This document shows positions 53,756-64,000 of a stretch of DNA of 64,000 nucleotides, in pieces. Position 1 is the stretch's first letter, and each line of letters opens with the position of its first letter. This DNA is from Paraspadella gotoi (lineage: Eukaryota; Animalia; Chaetognatha), in the NCBI GenBank assembly GCA_051294375.1, contig CM119264.1:6420174-6484173 (forward strand), written 5' to 3'. The position numbers were made by a program, and so were the translations under genes. A model generated the notes under the pieces. The model was not told the origin of the DNA. It made no database searches and saw nothing but the letters and a program-made list of their open reading frames with translations.

Positions 53756-55356
53756 GCGAAATAACGAGACCGGGAAATAACCGAGCCCCCCGATGATAAA
53801 ACGAACTAAATTGCTTATCGCTTTTTTGTTTTTCTTTTGTTTTTTTAGTTTGTTTGTTTTTTTGTTTTTTTGCCGCGCGATTCTCCGCGAAAGATATTTT
53901 TCGATTAAAAAATATACTTATTTTTATTCAGAGTAGAATTATTCAGCTGTTGACAATCAAAACGTATTCCGGCATTAGGGCATTACTTACTAACTTACTT
54001 TTCAATCCACCAACCAAAAATATGTATACTTTGTATTTATTGAACAAAAATCACAAAATTTACTGACTAGTATGGAAAAATCTAGTACATGACGCCAATG
54101 ACTTAAGATTTATACAATATGCGACCAAAAAAAAAAAAGGACAAGTCAAATAAGGGGAGATTCTTTCCGGCCCAGAGGGTGTGGTCAGCGTCTGACGTGA
54201 GCTGCTGGGAAATACTTTTTCGGGATTCTTTCGTAGGAAGCAAGACTTTCATTGCAATCCGAATTTGTAATGCATTTCATATGCGCGGTACCGGGCCCCG
54301 CCGGGCCGCCCGCGCTCAGAAACATTTTCTGTGCACGATCGTCGGGCCGGCTTCGTCGTACTCGTCGCAACTGATCCACATCTGCTGAAAGGTCGAGAGC
54401 GAAGCCAAGATGGCGCCGCCGATCCAGACGGAGTATTTCCGTTCCGGCGGCGTTACCACCTTCAGCGCAAGCGTCGACGACGCCAGCGGCCGCAGCTCCC
54501 TCTTCAGTCGCGCGTCGAGTCCGGGGAACATCGTGCTGCCGCCGGACATGACGATGTTGGCGTAGAGATCGCGGCGAAGATCGATGTCGCACTTGGAGAT
54601 GCTGTCTGAGAGGATGGAGTGAATGCCGGGGTTCTCCAGGCCTGCGGGTGTGGAAGAGGGAGAAAGAGGGTGTTGAATTGGATGTATAATATAAAATATT
54701 ATGAGCGGAATGAATCTATAGACGGACTTAGTTGGCCATTTGATGCGATTGGTCCTCCTCTTTTCGAATAAGCAAACGCCAGACCGAATATAAAGCTTAC
54801 TCCGTCGTCAGCCTGACCAATAACTAATAGAAACGGACCAAGGGGTCGACTTCCGTGATTGCGAAGGTAAATCAGGATTACTCTGCAATGTAGAGTTTAC
54901 ATCCTACTTAGAACTAGAAGAGACCTACAAATATTCATCATTGTATTTTTTTAAAAGTATAATTATGATAGAAAGTTTAGATTAATTATAATTAGTACGA
55001 GGTATAAGCGTGAAAAAAGAGGACAAACATTATTAACCAATGTCTTGGTGGCCGACACTTTTCTTCCCTTAGCGGGTTGATAAATCTATTCATTCTAACT
55101 ATGATTGAAAAGCAATGACCTAGCAAGCAGTTTGGAACGAAAGCGTAAAAAGAACGAGAGATGTATAATTTTTAAAGGAGAGCGAAATCTGTGAATTAAC
55201 GATCTTGAGGTTCGCCGAGGGAGGCCATTTTTAAAAACCGTTTAAAAAAAACACCTCGTGCTCAATCATCATTATTTAATCGAATAACAACAACCAGCGA
55301 AGCGGCTAATTTGGCTCAATTAAATCGAGATTAAAACGAAGCGGAAGTTTCATTTA

Positions 55357-55397
<41 letters not shown>

Positions 55398-55420
55398 CAC
55401 TCTCTTCTTCTCTCCTCTGC

Positions 55421-55496
<76 letters not shown>

Positions 55497-56533
55497 CTTT
55501 AGGATCGGATTCCTCTTCGCTTTATTTTTTACTGTGGACAAACAAAATGATAAACAAAACAAAATAACAACCTTAATTATGAAAAAAAAAAATCTTTTGG
55601 ACAATTTTATTCAGCTGTCAAAGCCTAAGCAAAACTGGGTCGACACAATGGACGACGACGAACACAACGAAAAAACCAAGATGACGACGACGACGAAAAT
55701 TAACAAAACCAACACCCAATCTCCCCTTCCGCCCCCTCCGCCCCCCTCCGCCCCTCACCGACGAGAGTGGATTGAAGAGAACCTCCGTGCACCGGAATCG
55801 CTCGTCGCCGATGGTGACCACAGTTCCGTCCGGCAGAGTGTAGCTTTTTTCCATCTCCGCTCCGCGACGCTGAGACTCCTCCATCTCGCGGTCAAAGTCT
55901 TCCGCCACGTAGCAGAGGGATTCCTGACGGAGGAAAAAAAAAATGAACGAATGAATTAATTAAAATCAATCAAGGGTCCAAGAAAGTCGACCTCAACCAC
56001 CTTGATTTCCCGCACGTTTTCGCGTCCCGCGCTGGTGAAGTACGAATGCCCGCGTTCGGTCAAGATGCGCGTGAGGTAGTCGGTGATGTCGCGCCCGGCG
56101 ACGTCAAGGCGGAAGATGGCGTGGGGGAGGGAGTAGCCCTTGCAGGGAAGGTGGGGATTTTATTGAACTTATTGGGTCGATGTAACGAACGATTGATTGA
56201 TTGATTGGTAAATTCGAGTACTGATAGCTAAAGTATTGAAGAAGAGATTGATGAATTGATAACTTCTTCGTTTGAATGGTTGATTGATTAAATTATGATT
56301 ACGTTCTTTATTTATTGGTTGACAGATTGAGTGATTGATTTATTAATTGACGGATTGATTGATTGACCGATCCCTTCGTCCTCTTTCACGACTAACTTCA
56401 TAGACGGGAACTGTGTGAGAGACGCCGTCGCCCGAATCGAAAACGAGGCCCGTGGTTCGACCGGAAGCGTAGAGCGCCAACACGGCTTGGATGGCAGGTA
56501 GAAAGCGGGGGCGTTGAAGGATTCGAAGATGAT

Positions 56534-56627
<94 letters not shown>

Positions 56628-59620
56628 ATGGAAAAAGCTCTCGAATCTTTCGACGAAATCCCCTCGCGAATCCGCAAACAAAGAACCTGCTGGCTTCGCG
56701 AACCCCGCTCTCTCCCCCTCTTCTTTTTTTAAAGGCTCCCGAAGCGATTTAAAAAGTCGAGTTAAGGAAATTATATTAATTCGTTAACGACGTTTAAGAG
56801 CCTCATTAGTACTAGAAAGGGAGAGAGATCGGAGGGGGGGGGAACGAAGAGGCAAAGAAGCGGAACATAAAAACTGCAACGATTAAGATTTGAAAGGCGA
56901 GACTGGGAGACGAGGCATTCGGACGGGCGCGGAATATAGACTGACCGACTACGCGGACGGGATGATCGGGAAAAAGTTGCTCTCACAATTGAAGTCAGAC
57001 TTAATGACAATAAATAACTTTGGTGATAATGTTTACATACTCTACTGGAGGTTGTTAGGATTTTGTTACAAGTCACCTCTATCTGGCAAAATAGGGCTGC
57101 TTAAGTTCTTCTCGGACTAAATTAGCCTGTTAAACTGAATGACAAAAATAAGCCTGTTGAGTGATGACAAACAAGGACTTTTTGAATAGTTGAATGAATG
57201 ATTGTGCTGGAGCGATTGAGTGACAAATCATGTCTACTTAAGTATTTCAATCAAAAAACTACGTCAACTGGCGTGATCGAACGACAACCAATTTCTGCTG
57301 GAGTAATGGAATTACAAACTAAATCAGCTGGAGCGATGGAATGACAAAATGTGACTGGAGCAGCGGGTGAGAAAAGGCGAAAGTGGAAGCGAAGTCATAA
57401 ATCGAACCAAAGTCGAGACTCAAGAGATTCGAATCTGATTTCGTTCGACGCTGAGAGAAAAATGAAGCGAATCCAATGAATTAGATTTCGACTTTTACGA
57501 GGGAAAAAAATACTTGGGCGACTATTTGAGATACGACTATGCGTTACTATGCGTTACTATGCGTTATCGTCACTATAAAACTCGGGAGTCTTGCGAAAGA
57601 GGGAGATTAAAAGCCTAACCGGTTGCTAATTAATTATCAGAGTTAGCTAAAAGAAAGCTTCGTCGATTAAAGGATTAAAATAAATCTATATTTAAAACGA
57701 TTCTTCTCGAGCGGGGAAAAGAAACTTGGGATGTCTTTAGATTCANNNNNNNNNNGTCGATTAAAAGATTAAAAGAAATCTATATTTAAAACGATTCTTC
57801 TCGAGCGGGGCAAAGAAACCTTAGATGTCTTTAGATTCATAAAGCTTCGTTTTGAAAAAAAAANNNNNNNNNNNNNNNNNNNNNNNNNGCGAAATAACGA
57901 AGACCGGAAATAACCGAGCCCGCGATAAAACGAACTAAAATTGCTTATCGCTTTTTTGTTTTTGCTTTTGTTTTTTAGTTTTGTTTGTTTTTTTGTTTTT
58001 TTTTGCGCGCGATTCTCCGCGAAAGAGTAATTTTTTCGATCTAAAAAATATACTTATTTTTATCAGAGTTAGAATTATTTCAGCTGTTGACCAATCAAAA
58101 CGTTATTCCGGCGGGCTTAGGGCATTACTTACTAACTTACTTTTCAATCCACCAACCAAAAATATGTTATACTTTGTATTTATGAACAAAAAATCACAAA
58201 ATTTACTGACTAGTATGGAAAAAATCTAGTACATGACCGCAAATGAACCTTAAGATTTATACAATATCGACCAAAAAAAAAGGAGACAAGTCAAATAAGG
58301 GAGATTCGTTCAGGCCTCAGAAGGGTGTGGTCAGAGTCTGACGTGAGCTGGTGGAAATACTTTTTCGGGATTCTTTCGTAGGGAGCAAGATTCTAATTGC
58401 CAATTTCCCGAATTTTGTAATGCATTTCATATGCGCGGTACCGGGCCACGCCGGCCGCCCGCCGCTCAGAAACATTTCCTGTGACGATCGTCGGGCCGGC
58501 TTCGTCGTACTCGTCGCAACTGATCCACATTCTGCTGAAGGTCGAGAGCGAGCCAAGATGGCGCCGCCGATCCAACGGAGTATTCCGTTCCGGCGGCGTT
58601 ACCACCGATTCAGCGCAAAGCGTCGAACGACGCCAGCGCCGCAGCTCCTCTTCCAGTCGCGCGTCGAGTCCGGGGAACATCGTGCTGCCGCCGGACATGA
58701 CGATGTTGGCGTAGAGCATCGCGGCGAAGATCGATGTCGCACGTTGGAGATGCTGTCTGAGAGGATGGATGTGAATGCCGGGGTTCTCCAGGCCTGCGGG
58801 TGTGGAAGAGGGAGAAAGAGGGTGTTGAATTGGATGTAATAATATAAAAATATTGAGCGGAATGAATCTATAGACGGACTTAGTTGGCCATTTTAATGCG
58901 ATTGGTCCTTCCTCTTTCGAATAAGCAAACGCCAGACCGAATTATAAAATTACTCCGTCGTCAAAGCCTGACAAATAACTAACAGAAACGGACCAAGGGG
59001 TCGACTTCCGTGATTGCGAAAGGTAAATCAGGGATTAACTCTGCAATGTAGAGTTACATTCCTATCTTAGAACTAGAAGAGACCTACAAATATTCATCAA
59101 TTGTATTTTTTAAAAGTATAATTATGATAGGAAATTTAGATTTAATTATAATTAGTACGAGGTAATAAGCCGGTGAAAAAAGAAGGCAAACATTAATTAA
59201 CCAATGTCTTGGATGCCGACACTTTTCTTCCCTTAGCGGGTTGATAAATCTATTCATTCTAACTATGGATTGAAAGCAATGACTAGCAAGCAGTTTGGAA
59301 ACGAAAGCGTAAAAGAACGAAGATGTATAATTTTTAAAGGAGAGCGAAATCTGTGAATTAAACGATCTTGAGGTTCGCCCGCAGGGAGCCATTTTTAAAA
59401 AACGTTTAAAAGAAAACACCTCGTGCTCAATCATCATTATTTAATCGAAAAACAACAACCAAGCGAAGCGGCTAATTTGGCTCAATTAAATCGAGATTAA
59501 AACGAAGCGGAAGTTTCATTTATCTCCTTCTTCTCTCTCTCTCTCTCTCTCCTCTCTCTGCTCCTCTCTCTCTCTCTCTCTCTCTCGTACTCTCTCTCTC
59601 TCTCTCTCTCATGCTCTCTC

Positions 59621-59653
<33 letters not shown>

Positions 59654-60722
59654 TCTCTCTCTCTCTTAGGATCGGATTCTCTTCGCTTTATTTTTTACTG
59701 TGGACAAACAAAATGATAAACAAAACAAAAATAACAACCGCTTATTATGAAAAAAAAAAAATCTTTTGGACAATTTTATTCAGCATGTCAAAGCCTAAGC
59801 AAAACTGGGTCGACACTAATGGACGACGACGAACACAACGAAAAAAACAAGATGACGACGACGACGAAAATTAACAAAAACAACACCCACTCCCCTTCCG
59901 CCCCCCTCCGCCCCCCTCCGCCCCTCACCGACGAGAGATGGATGAAGAGAACCTCCGTGCACCGAATCGCTCGTCCCGATGGTGACCACAGTTCTCCGTC
60001 GCAAGAGTGTAGCTTTTTCCATCTCCGCTCCGCGACGCTGAGACTCCTCCCATCTCGGTCAAAGTCTTCCGCCAGCGAGCAGAGGATTCCTGACGGAGGA
60101 AAAAAAAAAATGAACAAATGAATTAATTAAAATGCAATAAGGGTCCAAGAAAGTCGACGCTCAACCACCTTGATTTCCCGCACGTTTTTCGCGTCCGCGC
60201 GCTGGTGAAGTACGAAATGCCCGCGTTCGGTCGCAAGATGCGCGTGAGGTAGTCACGGTGACATGTCGCGCCCGGCGACGTCAGGGTGAGATGGCGTGGG
60301 GAGGAGTAGCCCTTTGCAGGGAAGGTGGGGATTTTATTGAAACTTATTGGGTCGATGTAACAAGAACGATTGATTGATGATTGGTAAATTCGAGTACTGA
60401 TAGCTAAAGTATTGAAGAAGAGATTGGATGAATTGATAACTTCTTCGTTGAATGGTTTGATTGATTAATTATGATTACGGTTCTTTATATTATTGGTTGA
60501 CAGATTGAGTGTTGATTTATTAATTGACGGATTGATTGATTGAACCATCCCTTCGTCCTCTTTCACGACTAACTTCATGACGGAACTGTGTGAGAGAGCC
60601 GTCGCCCGAAGTCGAAAACGAGGCCCGGTGGTTCTGACGGAAGCGTTAGAGCGCCAACACGCGCTTGGATGCGCACGTAGAAAGCGGGGGCGTTGAAGGT
60701 TCGAAGATGATCTGAGAAGATG

Positions 60723-60762
<40 letters not shown>

Positions 60763-62330
60763 AGACGAGAGAGAGAGAGAGAGAGGGAAGAGATAATGGA
60801 AAAGCTCTCGAATCTTTCGACGAATCCCCTCGCGAATCGCGCAAACAAAGACCTGCGGCTTCGAACCCCGCTCTCTCCCCCTTTTCTTTTTTTAAAGGCT
60901 CCGAAGCGATTTAAAAAGTCCGAGTTAAGGAACTTATATAATTTTTCGTTAACGACGTTTAAGAGCCTCATTAGTACTAGAAGGGAGAGAGATCGGAAGG
61001 GGGGGAGAACGAAGAGGCCAAAGAAGCGGAACATAAAAACTGCAACGAAATTTAAGATTTGAAAGGCGAGACTGGGGAGACGGGCATTCGGACGGCGCGC
61101 GAAATAGACTGACGATAACGCGACGGGATGATCGGGAAAAGTGCTCTCACAATTGAAGTCAGAGCTTAATGACAATAAATAACTTTGGTGATAATGTTTA
61201 CATACTCTAACTGGAGGTTGTTAGATTTTGTTAACAAGTCACGCTCTATCTGCAAAACGGGCTGCTTAAGTCTTCATCGGACTAAATTAGCCTGTTAAAC
61301 TGAATGACAAAAATAAGCCTGTTGAGTGATGACAAACAAGACTTTTTGAATGTTGAATGAATGATTGTGCTGGAGCGATTGAGTGACAATCATGTTCTAC
61401 TTAAGGTATTCAATCAAAAAACTCGTCAACTGGCGTGATTGAACGACAACCTTTTGCTGGAGTAATGGAGATTACAAACTAAATCAGCATGGAGCGATGG
61501 AAATGACCAAAAGGTGACTGGAGCAGCTGGGTGAGAAAAGGCGAAAGTGGAGCGAAGTCATAAATGAACCAAAGTCGAGACTCAGGAGATTAGAATCTGA
61601 ATTTCGTTCGCACCTGAGAGAAAAATGAAGCGAATTCCAATGAATTAGATTTCGACTTTTACGAGGGAAAAAACATACTTGGGCGAACTATTTGAGATAA
61701 CGACAATGCGTTACTATGCGTTAGCTTATGCGTTATCGTCAACTATAAAACTCGGGAGTCTTGCGAAAGAGGAGGTATTAAAGCCGTAACCGGTTGCTAA
61801 TTAATTAAACAGAGTTAGCTAAATGAAAGCTTCGTCGATTAAAACAGATTAAAAGAAATCTATATTTAAAACGTTCTTCTCGAGCGGGCAAAGGACCTTA
61901 GATGTCTTTAGATTCATAAAGCTTCGTTTTGAAAAAAAAAAAAATTAGTTAAAGATACCATAACCGAAAGACGTTTCGATTATTAAATAAATATGGGCGT
62001 CGAACCGTTAATCTATATCTAACTTAGCCAGACACACATTATTAGGTCTCCGAAGAAAAAAAAAAACTGAAATAAAGCTTCAACTCTAAACGAGAACAAT
62101 TTACAGAGATTCTCTAATTACGCAGAACAAATTATCAGACCTGGGTTCTTTTCGCTTTTTGTGAATTTTAATTGTATTTCACGTTTGAGAAAAATGGAAG
62201 TTTAAACGGCGAAATTTTGTCTCTTACGATTCAAGGAATATCTTCATTTTGTAAATGCTTTAGACCCGGTGATTGAACTGGCAATTCATTGTTTAAGATT
62301 TTCAATCGGATTTAATTGATTTTAACCATT
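53756..62330. repeat. Direct tandem duplication of an ~4.1-kb actin segment (53756-57860 and 57889-~61940)
   Basis: Both copies begin gcgaaataacga(a)gaccgg immediately after N gaps and are colinear to gatgtctttagattcataaagcttcg. Confidence 0.85.
54316..56533 (-). CDS. act: Divergent actin, last four exons (cleanest copy)
   Basis: Exons 56397-56533 ([44 protein letters not shown]), 56001-56138 ([30 protein letters not shown]...REIK), 55759-55923 ([10 protein letters not shown]...[19 protein letters not shown]) and 54316-54641 (...[16 protein letters not shown]...[42 protein letters not shown]). Two single-base indels. Confidence 0.85.
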
Positions 62331-62794
62331 TTTTTTTCGATTAACGGCAAAATTAACCCTTTTGTGCTGACCTAAGTCTTATCAGGAAAAAGTATCAGAT
62401 ATTTATTATAGAATCACAATACTACAAACTTTTTTTTAATTGAAAATTTCGTTTTCTGCTATTCCATCCCGATCAGTACATCATCGACCCCGCTCATTAA
62501 ACATAAAATAAACAACCACCCCGGACAAATTACCCCCTAAGCCCCATCTACCCCTTCAATCCATCCCCAGCCCCATCCGCCCCTTCATCCACCCTAAATC
62601 GGACCCACCTGCGCCATCTTTTCCCGATTGAGCTTGGGGTTCATGGGCGCCTCGGTCAAGAGGACGGGCCTCTCCTCGGGCGCGACCCTCAGCTCGTTCT
62701 CGAAGGCGTGTTCCCAGATCTTGGTCATGTCGTCCCAGTCCTCGACGATCCCGTGCTGGATGGGGTACTTGAGGTTGAGGACGCCTCGTCGTCG
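58466..62794 (-). CDS. act: Divergent actin, second minus-strand copy including an upstream exon; frameshifted by probable sequencing errors; N-terminal exon(s) not found in the window
   Basis: Exon 62609-62794 encodes [62 protein letters not shown] (cag/gtgggt). Noisy exons at ~60574-60711, ~60170-60311, ~59929-60088 and 58466-58793. Confidence 0.8.
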
Positions 62795-64000
62795 CTGGTG
62801 AGGGGGGGGGTCATCGTTGGTTAACAACGTGATTTAAAACAGTATCTTTTTAGTTGTGCCGCGGAGCAACTCTATGAGGTCGGTCTGTCGGTCATGACGT
62901 CTGTCTGTCGGTCTGTCCCACTTAATTTAAAAATGCTAACTCGCCTATGGTCGGTTTGTTAAGACTCAAATCTAAGTGACTGCTAGCGCCGCCTTCAGGA
63001 AATCATAAAAATTTAAAGAATAAAAGGCGAGCTAAGAAAGTCACTGCGGCGCAACGCACATTTGAATTTCCGTTCTTGTTAATTTAAATTATATATGTTC
63101 TAATGGGTAAAAATCTATCTAAAGATGACTTGGGTGATTAAAGCGAATGAGTTGCTTCCTTAGCAGATAGGTCCTGCCGCCAGCCAGCTTCATTAGAACA
63201 GGGTGCTGCTAACTGATCCGAAGTTCAGTAACTAATTAACATTTTCTCTGTCTCTCTTCTCTTTCTCTATTCTATTTTATAAGAACCCTTTACATTTGTA
63301 AAGTTTACAATTGCTTACGGCAAAAATGAATTTGTTAAATTTGAGTTAAATTTTTGTTCAAAAATTGTATCTTTTAGTCGGATAACTTCATCTCACGTTT
63401 ATACTACTCCCGACTCTGAGCATAAAAAAAGCCATAGTCACGAATACAGAAAAGTCTGTCCCGAAATGATGAAAAGATAAAACTGGCGATAAATAATAAC
63501 TGAGACCATTTTATCGGAATGTTTGGCTTTGGAGGCGAAATCCGTTACTTTATCTTTCCACCTCATTCCATCCGTTTTATTATCAGATAATAATATATTT
63601 ATGTTATATGTTATATCGTATATAATATTAAATTTAAATTGATGAGCGACATTTTGCCGAAGTCATTGCTGAGGAAATTAAAGAGTGTGAGTGATTGAAC
63701 TTATGTCTTCACACGAATTCATCGATCGGCCCCAGGGCTCGAACGCGCCAACCTCAGCACAACAACGGCCAATCCTTCTTATTCAGCCAGGCCGGACCAC
63801 TCGCGAGCGGCCTTCAGCGTCTTTGCGGGGTCATTCGTGTATCGAGGATCGCGAATGAGCTTTTTCCCTCCTGATTTATGTTCGGCGACGAATATCGGGT
63901 GAGAGATAAACTTGGCTTCTCTGGGCGGAAGTCGCTCGGCCTTCGACTCGTCTTCAGACAAGTATCGCCATTCGCTCGCTTCTCTGCCTTACCCTTATTA

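Larger units (their letters stand above)
43640..57750. repeat. ~6.5-kb-arm inverted duplication centred on the N gap at 50419-50443, with an internal restart at the 53731-53755 gap
   Basis: 50160-50230 mirrors 50460-50540; actin exons are + at 45.3-47.6 kb and - at 54.3-56.5 kb; flanking non-coding DNA is also mirrored. Confidence 0.85.

Noticed and set aside
63779-63961. 60-aa minus-strand ORF as the missing actin N-terminal exon
   Set aside because: No DNGSG or FPSIVG actin motif; identity unknown and it lies at the window edge.

Overview
This is AT-rich, microsatellite-rich animal (invertebrate-like) genomic DNA from a gappy, error-prone draft assembly; it is not prokaryotic. Manual splicing recovers a minus-strand immunoglobulin-superfamily (IgSF) gene that the ORF track misses: at least 10 phase-compatible exons from 42028 down to 3137, about 412 codons, with both ends incomplete. 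Two intronless genes sit inside its introns. One is an antisense 511-aa 2'-5' oligoadenylate synthetase (OAS)-like nucleotidyltransferase with intact catalytic motifs and an unexplained C-terminal extension (15774-17309). The other is a sense-strand EamA/DMT (SLC35G-like) transporter (40357-41295). The right third holds a divergent multi-exon actin whose 3' part appears three times, plus a fourth noisy fragment. Those copies, two multi-kb gap-centred palindromes and an ~850-bp tandem duplication differ by random indels and look like long-read/fold-back assembly artefacts. A degraded GC-rich coding-like island (11.2-13.8 kb), minisatellites and many simple repeats complete the window.
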